Source: Oceanispirochaeta sp.
GTDB lineage: Bacteria; Spirochaetota; Spirochaetia; DSM-2461
Direction: 5' to 3'
DNA length: 64,000 nt
Assembly: GCA_963663385.2 (NCBI GenBank)
Contig: CAXXXD010000002.1
Span: 1,568,001-1,632,000, forward strand
Part shown: in pieces, positions 38,177 to 48,691 of the stretch
Layout of the letters: each line of letters begins with the position of its first letter
Position numbering within the stretch: position 1 is the stretch's first letter
Made by a program: the position numbers and the translations under genes
Notes under the pieces: model-generated
Database searches by the model: none
Told to the model about the DNA's origin: nothing
Seen by the model: the letters and a program-made list of their open reading frames with translations, nothing else

Positions 38177-39505
38177 TCAGTTACCCGAACGTTCGTACTC
38201 TTTCTGAACGTTTACAGCCAGAACTTCCGGTGTAACCTTTCCGATCAGAAGCATCTGCAGACCGCTGTTGAGGGTTTCGATCACCGCGGGATCCCAAACC
38301 AGATCATAGGTGGGAGCAGGTTGGAACCTGTTGACATAATCCAGGTATTTGATATTCAGATCCTGAAGGCCGCTTCTGTCAAAGTCTGTAACCTTCATGG
38401 AGGGAATTCTGCCGGTCTCTGAAAGTTTTACGGCATTATCCATATTGGAGAACAGTTTCAGGGCTGCGATGCACATATCCTTCTTTACTGTATTCTGTGC
38501 AACCGCGGCATTCACGCCGATTCCCCATCCGCAGGTACCGCCGGTGTTCAGGCTGTCCGAACCGGTCTGTCCCTGGATTTCAGGAAAGTCTGTTATATCG
38601 GTAGCTGCCAGAACTTCCGGCAGGGAGTTCTCGATTACGTGATTAACCGCCCATCCCCCTTCAATGAACATGGCAGCCTTTCCATTGTAATAGGCGGTTC
38701 GCTGCTGGGTGTATTCCACACTGTTCATATCGGAGTTGAATGCTCCGACTTCGGCCAGGTCCACCAGAACTTTCAGGGATTCGATAAACTTCGGGTTTGT
38801 GAAACTGGCACCGCTGCGGGCTGTTATACTGTCTGTCCATTCGGCTCCGGTCATCCGGTTTCCGATTGTGCTCAGATAGCAGCTTTCGGCTACCCAGTTG
38901 CTCTTGTTTCCCAGAGAGATGGGAGTATAACCTTTGGCGGCAATGGCTCCGATCATGGTTTTGAACTCTTCAAAATCTTCCGGGAATTCAGAGAAACCCG
39001 CTTCTTTCAGGATTTCCGTATTGTAGAATACTACATGAGTGGGACCGCCGCCTTCCAGGCCGATGGCGTAGACTGAACCGTCGACAGTGAAGTTTTTCAG
39101 GACCCCATCCTTGAAGGCTCCGCTCCAGGATGTATCGGCAGACATGATCTCATCCAGTGAGAGCAGGCGATTGTTGGTTACAAAATTATTTGTCCAGGAG
39201 CCTTTTACTTCAAACAGATCGGGGAGTTCATTGGCTGCAGCCAGAATCTGAGCTTTATCCTGATAGGCATCATGGGGAATATACTCAAACTCGATGGTAG
39301 CTTTCGGATAGGCCTTGGTCATCTCTTCCTGCATGGCGTACCAGGCATCGATCCGGGCGTCCTGATCCCGGTTGGCCAGATTATAAGTATGGATGGCTGT
39401 CAGGGTAACGGCTCCGTCCCCGGAGCTTCCGTTTTCACTCTGACCACCGGCGCACAGGGGCATGGCCAGCATCGCAGTCAGCAGTACAATCACAATTTTC
39501 TTCAT
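38177..39505 (-). CDS. Oligosaccharide ABC substrate-binding protein
   Basis: Signal peptide; NELPDLF and YNGKAAM; GGAGG RBS. Confidence 0.92.
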   Translation of the reverse strand: MKKIVIVLLTAMLAMPLCAGGQSENGSSGDGAVTLTAIHTYNLANRDQDARIDAWYAMQEEMTKAYPKATIEFEYIPHDAYQDKAQILAAANELPDLFEVKGSWTNNFVTNNRLLSLDEIMSADTSWSGAFKDGVLKNFTVDGSVYAIGLEGGGPTHVVFYNTEILKEAGFSEFPEDFEEFKTMIGAIAAKGYTPISLGNKSNWVAESCYLSTIGNRMTGAEWTDSITARSGASFTNPKFIESLKVLVDLAEVGAFNSDMNSVEYTQQRTAYYNGKAAMFIEGGWAVNHVIENSLPEVLAATDITDFPEIQGQTGSDSLNTGGTCGWGIGVNAAVAQNTVKKDMCIAALKLFSNMDNAVKLSETGRIPSMKVTDFDRSGLQDLNIKYLDYVNRFQPAPTYDLVWDPAVIETLNSGLQMLLIGKVTPEVLAVNVQKEYERSGN

Positions 39506-39645
39506 TTGTTCCTCCTTGTATCAGACAGCGTACAGCTGCCCTTTAAAACACTGTTCCATTGTGAGGGAGGGAATCCCCGCGGAACAGGGAACAAAATTGA
39601 TTCTTTATCCACATTTTTGTGTTTATCCGAATCTTTTCGCCTCTT

Positions 39646-41202
39646 TCAGTCGGAAAACAGATTTCTGCGGTATTCCATAGGGGAGATGCCTATATACCTT
39701 TTGAACTGCCTGGTGTAGTACTTGTAGTCACTGAATCCTGCCAGATCCGCCACATCATAGAGCTTCAGTTCAGGGCTGACCAGCAGTTCCCTGGAATACT
39801 CCACTCTGTAGCGGTTGACCCAGGGGACAAAATTGATCCCTGTGTCTTTTTTGAATACACGGGAAATATGGCTTTCGCTGGCTCTGGTGATTTCAGAAAT
39901 CCGGCTTAAGCTGATATCTTCCTTGAAATGGCTCTCGACATACCGGATAGCCTGAACAGTCAGAGGGGAGTATGTCTGTTCCATATGACTGATACACTGT
40001 TCTGCCAGTCTGTGGAAAACAGTCTCCGCTCCCTCCAGAATGAGTTTCCACGAATCCTGCGCTATGACAGCCCTGAAGGGGTCCCCCTCGGAGGCGGGTA
40101 TCCGGATGCCTTTCCGCTCTGCTTCTTTTCGGATCACAATATGCAGACGCCGGCAGAAACGGATATAGTCTTCCCGGGACTGATCGGCCAGAAGGCAACC
40201 GTGAAGCAGCTGGGCAGCCAGCTGGTTTGTTTCAGTATGGAGGGAATCAAACTGCCTGGTCATAAGATTTTCCGCTTCAGCCGGAGAGACCGGAGGGGGC
40301 AGAGTCCTGAGAAAACGCTCCCGTATTTCTTTATGGCTCTTATAGTGGATGACCCCCGGTCTGACTGAATACCGTCTGCAGGAAAAGGCTTCCAGAGCCT
40401 GCCTGTAGGAGGCGGCAAGACCCTCCAGTCCCGGTTCCACACCCCCTGCCGCTGTCAGGATATCCCTTTTCCTGATCTCTCTGAAAAACTGATCCGCCGG
40501 GGAATCCCCCCTGCCCGGAGAGGCATCCTTCCGAAACAGAATAACCAGGAACCCCAATCGGCCCTCCTGACAGACCGGAATAACGGGGAAGGAGGCCGGG
40601 ATATCGGGCAGACCGGCCGGATCATTTTTTCCGGATTCGGGAAAAATCATCAGAACCTGATAAGCCGTTTTGCCGGGAGGCACCAGGCCGGCCTGTTCCG
40701 CCCGATGACAGATCGCCCCGGTTTCCGGTTCCCTCTGTGCCAGATCCTCCAGAATCCTTTTTCGTATTTCATCCAGATTTTCGCTGATCATCTCCCGCAT
40801 CTGACAGGTGTTCCTGAGCTCCTCCGCCTGCTGTTCCAGAATCCGGACGGTTTTCTTCAGAACCTCCGTCAATTCTTCCTCTCCCACCGGTTTCAGAAGG
40901 TAATCCGCAACATTATATTTGATAGCCTGCCTTGCATATTCAAAATCCCCGTATCCTGTCAGAATTATCACCCGGCACTTGGGATAGCTGCGTTCCAGCT
41001 CTCCCGCCAGTTTCAGGCCGTCCATGCCGGGCATCCGGATATCGGTAATGACGATATCCGCCCCGATCTCTTCCATAAGGCTGAGGGCTTCAAATCCGTC
41101 GGATGCTTCTCCCGCCAGAGAGCAGCCCAACTCCTCCCAGGGGATGAAGGTGCGGATTCCCCTGCGGATGATCTGTTCGTCATCAACCAGCAGTACTTTC
41201 AT
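39646..41202 (-). CDS. Response regulator with AraC output domain (YesN-like)
   Basis: LLVDDE, ITDIRMP and YLLKP; C-terminal AraC HTH (GFSDYKYY..FKRYIGISP). Confidence 0.94.
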   Translation of the reverse strand: MKVLLVDDEQIIRRGIRTFIPWEELGCSLAGEASDGFEALSLMEEIGADIVITDIRMPGMDGLKLAGELERSYPKCRVIILTGYGDFEYARQAIKYNVADYLLKPVGEEELTEVLKKTVRILEQQAEELRNTCQMREMISENLDEIRKRILEDLAQREPETGAICHRAEQAGLVPPGKTAYQVLMIFPESGKNDPAGLPDIPASFPVIPVCQEGRLGFLVILFRKDASPGRGDSPADQFFREIRKRDILTAAGGVEPGLEGLAASYRQALEAFSCRRYSVRPGVIHYKSHKEIRERFLRTLPPPVSPAEAENLMTRQFDSLHTETNQLAAQLLHGCLLADQSREDYIRFCRRLHIVIRKEAERKGIRIPASEGDPFRAVIAQDSWKLILEGAETVFHRLAEQCISHMEQTYSPLTVQAIRYVESHFKEDISLSRISEITRASESHISRVFKKDTGINFVPWVNRYRVEYSRELLVSPELKLYDVADLAGFSDYKYYTRQFKRYIGISPMEYRRNLFSD

Positions 41203-41204
41203 TC

Positions 41205-42986
41205 TCACCTCCCGGGCTGGCGGACCGTTACTTCGGTCCCTTCTCCCTTACAGCTTTCTATCCGGATCCCGTATTCAGAGCCGTAAGCCAGCCGCAGACG
41301 ATCATCCACATTCTTAAGCCCGAACCCCCGTCTGCCTTCCTGCCGGACAGGCTGTTCATCCTCCAGGAGCCGCCGGATCGCTTCGGGATCGCAACCGGGC
41401 CCGTCGTCGCTGATCCGATAGCAGAGAGTCCCGTCCTCTTCCTCAATTACAGCCACATTTATCCGGGAGGCTTTCGGTTTTTTCTCGATGCCATGGATAA
41501 TGGCGTTCTCCACCAGGGGCTGCAGGATCAGTTTCAATACGGGGCGTTTTTCCAATCCCGGAGTCACGGTCAGGGTAAAGGCAAAGCGGTTTCCGAATCG
41601 CATCTGCTGGATTTCCATATAGTATTGAAGGTGTTCCAGCTCTTTCTCCAGAGGGATGATCTCATGACCGCTGCTCAATACGATACGGAACAGTTTCGCC
41701 AGGGCCCGTATCATCCGGGCGGACTCGACGGATCCTTCCATTTTGGTCATCCAGTAGATGGTATCCAGGGTATTGTAGAGAAAATGGGGATTGATCTGGG
41801 TTTCCAGGGCAATCAGCTCAGCTTCCTTCTCTTTGACCTGGGCGATATACACCTGGTTGTGCAGTTCCTGCAGCCTGTTTGTCATATTGTTAAAGGAGCG
41901 GATCAACGTGCCGATCTCGTCATTTCGATCCTGGGGTATACGGATCTCGAACTGTTCCTCTTCCACCTGTTTCATTGAGCGCTCGAGAATCAGGAGAGGA
42001 CGGAACAGGTTTCTGGAAATAAGGAAAGCCATAACGATACTGACCAGTATCATCACCAGAGCGGCGGTGGTAACCTGATTAACCACCAGCCCCCGGACAC
42101 GGAACAGTTCCCTCGGGATTGTATGAATCACCGTCATTCCCGTGGAGGTTATGACTGAGTAAAACAGGATATACCGGGTTCTATCCAGGGATAAATAGCG
42201 ATACCCCGAGGGGGATTCCGAGTTTTTAATTTCAGGAAGCATCCGGCCAGTCAGCTCACCCGGCATGGGTGATGATGCTATAAGCGGGCGGGAGTCCCGG
42301 CTGATCAGGTAATAGTTCTCTCCGGGACCGGTGCTGGAAAGAGGAAAATTCTTCAGAATCCCCTGCGCATTTATCTGAATGTAAACACGCCCCAGCATCC
42401 GGTCCAGATTATAGTAATCCTTGATAATCCGGCTCTGAACAAGAGTATCCGGAAAGGCCCCCGGTTCCGGGGTATAGGCGGTCCAGAGGGCGTCGCCGTC
42501 CAGTTTCAGAACGATCTGTTCCAGATCCTCCGGTAATACCCTCAAATCCCGGTTCATGGGATTTATTGAAAAAGTAAGACCATTCTCTCCCCTGATAAAG
42601 ATGGCGGAGACACCGGTCCTGACATTCATGAAAAACATCAGGGTCCGGTAGATCTTTAATGTCAGATAATCCGCCTCGTCTCCTGAACCATCTGGGGGCA
42701 GATGAAGAAAATCGTAGATGTCGGTATTCTGCAGAAGAAAGAGGAACAGTTCGTTTACTCCTCTGCTGACCTGTTCTATATTCCGGGCAATCTGCATGAT
42801 TTCGTTCAGACTGGCGTCAACAGACCGTTCCTCCAGAGCCTTGTCCGATTCATCCAGTACAAGCATGCTCACTATCAGGAGAGGAATTGTCGATATCAGA
42901 AGAAAAGAGAGGAGAAGTTTGTATCTGAAACTGAAAACCCGGCTCATCAGAAATAGATCATAAAACCGAAACTGCACTTTCAGCAA
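41205..42986 (-). CDS. Sensor histidine kinase (YesM/LytS-like; start may be ATG at 42947)
   Basis: HAMP domain; QINPHFLYNTLD, LQPLVENA, DDGPG and GFGLKNV. Confidence 0.94.
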   Translation of the reverse strand: MLKVQFRFYDLFLMSRVFSFRYKLLLSFLLISTIPLLIVSMLVLDESDKALEERSVDASLNEIMQIARNIEQVSRGVNELFLFLLQNTDIYDFLHLPPDGSGDEADYLTLKIYRTLMFFMNVRTGVSAIFIRGENGLTFSINPMNRDLRVLPEDLEQIVLKLDGDALWTAYTPEPGAFPDTLVQSRIIKDYYNLDRMLGRVYIQINAQGILKNFPLSSTGPGENYYLISRDSRPLIASSPMPGELTGRMLPEIKNSESPSGYRYLSLDRTRYILFYSVITSTGMTVIHTIPRELFRVRGLVVNQVTTAALVMILVSIVMAFLISRNLFRPLLILERSMKQVEEEQFEIRIPQDRNDEIGTLIRSFNNMTNRLQELHNQVYIAQVKEKEAELIALETQINPHFLYNTLDTIYWMTKMEGSVESARMIRALAKLFRIVLSSGHEIIPLEKELEHLQYYMEIQQMRFGNRFAFTLTVTPGLEKRPVLKLILQPLVENAIIHGIEKKPKASRINVAVIEEEDGTLCYRISDDGPGCDPEAIRRLLEDEQPVRQEGRRGFGLKNVDDRLRLAYGSEYGIRIESCKGEGTEVTVRQPGR

Positions 42987-42998
42987 GGAATTTCTTCT

Positions 42999-44126
42999 TT
43001 ATTCCAAACCCATAAGCTGCCGGGCCCTCTTGTGATAGTGCCTGTAATTATTAAGAGACGTACCGTTGGGAATGCGGTGATCCAGTCCCAGCATGCAGCC
43101 ACCGCTCTTCATCATGAAAGGGATCTTCCGGTTCAGTTCCTCCTCCAGTACAGCTCCTCCGTCCCGGACGGCAAATTTATCCAGACCTCCCACAAAGGCA
43201 AGCCGGGAACCCCATGCCTTTCTGAGAGAGACTATGTCCATTCCGGCTGCCGGTTCCAGCGGGTGCATACAGTTGACGCCGCAATCCACAAAAGATCCGA
43301 TAACCGCTTCCATATTCCCATCGCTGTCCTGATCGAAAATCCGGCATCCCCGTGCATGGATCCTGTCCCAGATTCCTTTGTAATAGGGTTTAAGGAATTC
43401 CCCGACCTGAACGGGGCCTATAAGAGGACCAGATTTTCCCGCCATATCCTCATGGATGAAAAGCCGGTCCACCGGTACGGAAGAGGTAACCCTGTCTATG
43501 ACTTTCCAGGCTGTGTCGGACAGGGTCTGAAGGATATCGGCAATAAGTTCGGGCTGTTCGTACCAGGCATAACTCAGTTCTTCTTCTCCCATTAACTGGC
43601 GGGGTTCATCAAATCCGCCCGGAATTTCCAGGGTTATAACGTCTCCCCGTTTCAGCGCCTGAAGGGTCTGTTCCTCCCATCCTGCAGAAAATCGCTTTTC
43701 CGAGAACTCGTAGAGGGGTTTCAGCTTCATCCAGTCGTCTCCCGTTTTTACCGGAAAATCCAGAGGAAGGGCCAGTGAAGCCGATTCATAGATCCTCTTC
43801 ATATTCCGGCCGAGGACATCCCGGTAGATTATATACTCATCGGTCTTTTCTATTACAGTTCTTTTATTGTTTTCTAATGGTCCGGTGTATACGGGGATAG
43901 TAAAATAACCGGCGCAACGGTAGGAGAAAGCGGAAAAATCCAGTTCCTCCGGAGTTGCGCCCTGTTCCTCCCACTCCTCTTTCAAACCGATGATCGGACC
44001 GAATATCTCGGTAAAAAGAGGCCCGTGATTCTTTTCAAAGGTCATGTGCTCAATAAACGTGTTACGGTCAATGACCGGATTCCTCTGGATCGACAGATCG
44101 CTGTGATTTCTATATTTGAGTTTCAT
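42999..44126 (-). CDS. Uroporphyrinogen decarboxylase (URO-D/CIMS)-like protein of unknown function
   Basis: EDMAGKSGPLI, DSDGN, PLEPAAGMD, GGLDK and LDHRIP. Confidence 0.8.
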   Translation of the reverse strand: MKLKYRNHSDLSIQRNPVIDRNTFIEHMTFEKNHGPLFTEIFGPIIGLKEEWEEQGATPEELDFSAFSYRCAGYFTIPVYTGPLENNKRTVIEKTDEYIIYRDVLGRNMKRIYESASLALPLDFPVKTGDDWMKLKPLYEFSEKRFSAGWEEQTLQALKRGDVITLEIPGGFDEPRQLMGEEELSYAWYEQPELIADILQTLSDTAWKVIDRVTSSVPVDRLFIHEDMAGKSGPLIGPVQVGEFLKPYYKGIWDRIHARGCRIFDQDSDGNMEAVIGSFVDCGVNCMHPLEPAAGMDIVSLRKAWGSRLAFVGGLDKFAVRDGGAVLEEELNRKIPFMMKSGGCMLGLDHRIPNGTSLNNYRHYHKRARQLMGLE

Positions 44127-44197
44127 GGCTGAAATTATTACGTGGGAAAGACAGTAAAACAATGGCTTAATTCGACCAATTATTGCATAATATCGAT

Positions 44198-44959
44198 ATG
44201 AGGGTAAAAATCCATTCCGCTTATTACACTCGCTGTTCACCCGACTGGGCGTGGACTGTGCCATCCATGCCCGATTACGACCTATGGTTTGTTTCTTCGG
44301 GAAAAGGAGAGTTGACCCTTGATGGAAAAACACACAGAATCAGCATGGGATGTGCCCTGATTCTGCCTCCGGGATGCCGGATCAGGGCACATCAGGATCT
44401 TTCGGACAGGCTTTCTGTCTATGCGGTTCACTTCCTGCCGGATTCAGATGAAAGTCTTACGGGAATTACCGGAAAACCCATTCAGATGGAGCAGTCCGTA
44501 TTCCTTTTAGAGCTTTTTCAACGTCTGTTCCGCGAACGGGGCCGGGTTGGCGGTCAGCCGGAAATATGGCTTGAATCCATTCTGAATGAGATCCGTTACC
44601 AATCCGCCCAGGAGGCTGGAAGCAGTACTATCTATAACAGAAAGGCCATACAGGCCCTCTGCCGCCGAATCAGGGAAAACCCGGCCGGCCAACGATGCAT
44701 TTCGGAAATGGCTGAAGAGCTTCTGGTCTGTCCAGACCATTTCATCAGGATCTTCAGGGAGGAAACCGGCATGACCCCCAGGCAGTACATCATAGAAAAC
44801 CGATTGAATATGGCTCAGCACCTCCTTCTGGAATCCAATCAGACCTGTGAACGGATTTCCGAACTATGCGGTTTTGAATCCCCTCAATGGTTCAGCAGGC
44901 TTTTTCGTCAGAAGAGGGGGATGTCTCCCGGAAACTACCGCCTTGGACATACCTGCTGA
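44198..44959 (+). CDS. AraC family transcriptional regulator (cupin sensor domain)
   Basis: HFIRIFREETGMTP and CGFESPQWFSRLF; divergent from the URO-D-like gene. Confidence 0.92.
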   Translation: MRVKIHSAYYTRCSPDWAWTVPSMPDYDLWFVSSGKGELTLDGKTHRISMGCALILPPGCRIRAHQDLSDRLSVYAVHFLPDSDESLTGITGKPIQMEQSVFLLELFQRLFRERGRVGGQPEIWLESILNEIRYQSAQEAGSSTIYNRKAIQALCRRIRENPAGQRCISEMAEELLVCPDHFIRIFREETGMTPRQYIIENRLNMAQHLLLESNQTCERISELCGFESPQWFSRLFRQKRGMSPGNYRLGHTC

Positions 44960-45137
44960 CAGTTCATAAGTCAGGGGCAGCCTTCCTGTTCCGATAAAGC
45001 ATATATTTACCGGAAAGGGCGATCAATCATAAGCTCCCGCGGGGGAGGTGAGAAATTTCCCATCAAATCGTAGATTTTTCAAATACCCCCGTATTACACT
45101 GCAGGAGTAACATCAGGCAAAGATTAAGGAGGTTCGT

Positions 45138-46397
45138 ATGAAATTTCGAACAATTATCACTTCAATGATTTTATGTCTGATCATTCTGCCCGTTTCTGCA
45201 TCGGGAAATCAGGAGACCGGTTCAGTAAAAAAAACGGTCCACCTCGAAGTGGCGGTCAATTACACTAACGAGTGGTCGGCTGCCATGGAGGCCCTGCTCC
45301 GAGAGTATGAAGGACAGAATCCCCATGTCACTATCGACTATCAGGCTCCCGGCGGCCGGTACGAGGATATGATGAAAGTCAAGATGGCGGCTCAGGAGAT
45401 GCCCGACCTTTTCTCCACACACGGCTGGTCAAAGGCCCGCTACGGAGACTTCCTCTACGATCTGTCCGGCCAATCCTGGGCTCCCAATGTCAGCGACGCC
45501 ATGAAAGAGATTGTCTATGACGAAGCGGGCAAGCTCTATGTTCTTCCCTTCGACAGCGACAAGTCCGGTCCCATCTATAATGTGGATATTTTCAACGAAT
45601 ACGGCCTGGAAGTTCCCCGGACCCTGGACGAGCTTCTGGAAGTGAGCCGTATCATCGTCGAGAAGAGCAACGGAACCATTTCACCCATCGGCTGCGCAGC
45701 CGACGGCTGGCCCGAAGCCCAGTTCTTCGATTTTATCGCTACGGCGTTCTTTATCAGCGACAGCGGCAACTACGAAGGGGGCTCTCTCCTGGACGGTTCC
45801 TTCGACTGGAAAAAATGGGAACCCGTTGCAGCGGTCTGGCAGGAGATGAACGAGAAGGGTTATATCAACAAAGATATGCTCACATCCACTTTCTCCAACA
45901 ATATCACAGCCTTCGCCGAAGGCAAATCGGCCATCGGATTCTACGGTCCCTATTATATTGAAGAGGCCAGAAAACTCAATCCTGCGATCAATGCCGACAT
46001 GATGCCCATTCCCGCCGTTTATGAGGGAGATACGCCTACTTTTGCCGGCGGAGAGAAATCGACTATCGGTGTATGGAAGGACAGCGGAAATCTGGAAGAA
46101 GCCCTGAAACTGGTTGAATTCCTGGCCCGTCCCGAAAATGCGGCAAAGATTGCCGGTGCAACCCAGCTGCCTCCCGGACTGTCCAATGTGGAGCTCAATG
46201 CCGGAGATCTGACAGACACCTTCAAGCGTTATGAGGACGTACGGGTATTCCCCTATTTCGACCGTACCTACCTGCCCAGCGGCATGTGGGATACCATGGT
46301 AAAGACAAGCCAGATGCTTATAGCCGGTGCCTCCACTCCCGCTGATGCGGCAGAGGAGATGGAGGTGGAGTACAATCGCCTCAGGATGGCACAGTAA
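45138..46397 (+). CDS. Oligosaccharide ABC substrate-binding protein (MsmE/raffinose-like)
   Basis: Signal peptide; MPDLFSTHGW; AAGGAGG RBS. Confidence 0.92.
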   Translation: MKFRTIITSMILCLIILPVSASGNQETGSVKKTVHLEVAVNYTNEWSAAMEALLREYEGQNPHVTIDYQAPGGRYEDMMKVKMAAQEMPDLFSTHGWSKARYGDFLYDLSGQSWAPNVSDAMKEIVYDEAGKLYVLPFDSDKSGPIYNVDIFNEYGLEVPRTLDELLEVSRIIVEKSNGTISPIGCAADGWPEAQFFDFIATAFFISDSGNYEGGSLLDGSFDWKKWEPVAAVWQEMNEKGYINKDMLTSTFSNNITAFAEGKSAIGFYGPYYIEEARKLNPAINADMMPIPAVYEGDTPTFAGGEKSTIGVWKDSGNLEEALKLVEFLARPENAAKIAGATQLPPGLSNVELNAGDLTDTFKRYEDVRVFPYFDRTYLPSGMWDTMVKTSQMLIAGASTPADAAEEMEVEYNRLRMAQ

Positions 46398-46430
46398 CAG
46401 GTCTATGCAATGCGGATGATCTGGACGTTC

Positions 46431-46515
46431 TGATTCCGGCTCTGTGTTGATTCCCGGTACGGGCGCTCACAAGGTTCTGTGCTGCCTGTACGGGAATTGT
46501 CCTGGTCCGGAATCA
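46431..46515 (+). other. Long imperfect intercistronic stem-loop
   Basis: tgattccgg/ccggaatca outer arms and attccc.gtacgggc/gcctgtacgggaat inner arms. Confidence 0.6.
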
Positions 46516-46573
46516 CATCTAATCTTTCCGATTCTCCCGTTGTTCCACATTCGATTATTTCAGGTTTAACAAA

Positions 46574-47437
46574 ATGAAATCCAGACAAATGCAAATGATG
46601 GTGTTGCCGGCGCTGCTGGTGATGCTGCTCTTTATCTATTTTCCCTTTTTTCAGGGTATTATTATCTCTTTCCGCGAATGGAACGGCTACAGTCCGCACT
46701 TTAAATGGGTGGGACCGGCCAAGTACATCCGTCTGTTTTCGGACAGACATTTTCTCCGTGTTATGACCAATACGCTTATCTACGGGCTGGGGAGCACTTT
46801 TCTTCAGAATATTATGGGCCTGGCCCTGGCCCTTTATTTTAACAGGGAAACTCCGGGAAACCGCGTCATGCGGACCATCATCTACCTGCCCGCCATTATC
46901 AGCCCCCTTATTATGGGGTATGTCTGGCGTTTTCTTTTCCGTTTCGACGGCGGCGCGCTGAATGATCTGACCGGTCTGTTCGGATTTGCCGCCGTAGACT
47001 GGCTGGCCGACGGCGACCGGGCGGTCTGGATTATCACCCTGGTCAATTCCTTTCAGTATGTGGGTGTGTCCATGGTCCTCTATCTGGCGGGACTGAAAAC
47101 TATCGGGAGGGAGTTTTATGAGGCGGCCGAGATCGACGGGGCGGGGAGGGGCCGGAGATTTCTCTCCATAACCCTGCCGTTTCTCATTAATTCCATCACG
47201 GTGAGCCTGGTCATCAATATTATCGGCGGTCTTAAACTGTTTGATATTATCTACTCCCTCACGGGGGGAGGGCCGGGTTATCAGTCGGCCAGTATCTCCA
47301 CCATGACCAGAGAGGTTTTTTTCGTGCGCCAGGATGCGGGATACGCCGCGGCCATGGGGAATGTCATGTTTCTCATGATCCTGGTTATCACTCTGGCGGT
47401 TCTCCAGTATCTGAGAAAGAAGGAGGTTGAATTGTGA
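46574..47437 (+). CDS. Carbohydrate ABC permease (MalF/MsmF-like)
   Basis: EFYEAAEIDGA and TGGGPG. Confidence 0.93.
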   Translation: MKSRQMQMMVLPALLVMLLFIYFPFFQGIIISFREWNGYSPHFKWVGPAKYIRLFSDRHFLRVMTNTLIYGLGSTFLQNIMGLALALYFNRETPGNRVMRTIIYLPAIISPLIMGYVWRFLFRFDGGALNDLTGLFGFAAVDWLADGDRAVWIITLVNSFQYVGVSMVLYLAGLKTIGREFYEAAEIDGAGRGRRFLSITLPFLINSITVSLVINIIGGLKLFDIIYSLTGGGPGYQSASISTMTREVFFVRQDAGYAAAMGNVMFLMILVITLAVLQYLRKKEVEL

Positions 47438-48252
47438 AACATACCATGCAGATTCTGCGCTGGGGGCTGAGCATCCTGCTGGCCGCTCTGTTCCTTATCC
47501 CTTTCTACATTCTAATTAATGTGTCCTTCCGTTCCCCGTCGGTTCGTGCCAGCTACTGGATGCCTTCGGCTTTTACCTATCTTGAGAATTTCATCAACGC
47601 CTGGACGGAAGCGGGACTGGGACGGGCTTTTATCAACAGCGGTCTGATTACTCTGGGCGTATTGGCGGGAATCGTAGTCATGGGGTCGGGGGCAGCCTAT
47701 CCTCTGTCCCGTCTGCGGACCCGTTTGAACCGGGCGCTCTACTACATTATCGTGGCCTGCCTCATTGTCCCTCCCCTGACCATACTGGTTCCCCTGTATA
47801 TCATGATCGTCCGGATGTTCGGATCGAGTACCTATGCCTCCATCGTGTTTCCCCTGATTGCCTATCAGCTGCCTCTGGCCGTATTTCTCTATACCACCTT
47901 TATAGGAACGGTACCCCGGGAGCTCGATGAAGCGGCCATGATCGACGGCTGTACGCCCCTCCTGACGTTCTGGCGTATTATTTTTCCCCTGATGACACCC
48001 GTTACAGCATCGGTTCTTATTCTGGTGGGGGTTAATGCCTGGAATGATTTCGCCTTCAGCGTCTTTTTTCTCCAGAGGAGCACTTCCCGCAACTTTACCG
48101 TAGCCCTGGGGCAGTTTTTCTCCCAGTTCTCCAATCAGATTCACTGGGTGGCCGCAGGGTGTCTTATGGGACTGCTTCCCATAACCGTACTCTACCTGGT
48201 GCTCCAGCGCTATTTTATCAGCGGACTGGCCAGCGGCGCTGTGAAGGGGTAG
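47434..48252 (+). CDS. Carbohydrate ABC permease (MalG/MsmG-like)
   Basis: PRELDEAAMIDG, WNDF and GAVKG. Confidence 0.93.
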   Translation: MKHTMQILRWGLSILLAALFLIPFYILINVSFRSPSVRASYWMPSAFTYLENFINAWTEAGLGRAFINSGLITLGVLAGIVVMGSGAAYPLSRLRTRLNRALYYIIVACLIVPPLTILVPLYIMIVRMFGSSTYASIVFPLIAYQLPLAVFLYTTFIGTVPRELDEAAMIDGCTPLLTFWRIIFPLMTPVTASVLILVGVNAWNDFAFSVFFLQRSTSRNFTVALGQFFSQFSNQIHWVAAGCLMGLLPITVLYLVLQRYFISGLASGAVKG

Positions 48253-48255
48253 GCT

Positions 48256-48687
48256 GTGACATTCAAAGAGATCCGAACCATCAGCGGCGATGCATTTGCT
48301 CCCTACGGCGATGTTATCGCTTTCCGTTCGCCCTGCGAAAGCGACCCCTTTTTCGAGGTGGTATGCGGCAGTTCCGCCAGGGGCTGGCGGATTGCCATGT
48401 ACCGGGTGGAGAGACAGGCTGTCGATATTATGGAATGTCACCCCGATTCGCGGGAGAGTTTTGAGCCCTGTTCGGGGACGGGCCTCCTTCTTGTCGGGAT
48501 TCCCGATCAACCGGAGGATTATGAAGTCTTCCTTCTCGACAGGCCGGTCTGTCTGAACAAGGGCGTCTGGCATCAGCTCATCGCTCTCGGCGGCCCCTGT
48601 ACGGTCAAAATTACCGAAAACGATGAAGTTTCATCTCAATTCCATCAGCTGTCCCGGCCGGTCCGGGGCGTGCTCTACACAGGATAA
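48256..48687 (+). CDS. Ureidoglycolate lyase (AllA)-like cupin
   Basis: AFAPYGDVI, MECHPDSRESF and KGVWH. Confidence 0.75.
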   Translation: MTFKEIRTISGDAFAPYGDVIAFRSPCESDPFFEVVCGSSARGWRIAMYRVERQAVDIMECHPDSRESFEPCSGTGLLLVGIPDQPEDYEVFLLDRPVCLNKGVWHQLIALGGPCTVKITENDEVSSQFHQLSRPVRGVLYTG

Positions 48688-48691
48688 GCAA

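Noticed and set aside
39604..39628. tttatcc direct repeat upstream of the binding-protein gene as a response-regulator site
   Set aside because: Only 7 bp with 18-bp spacing; too weak to call
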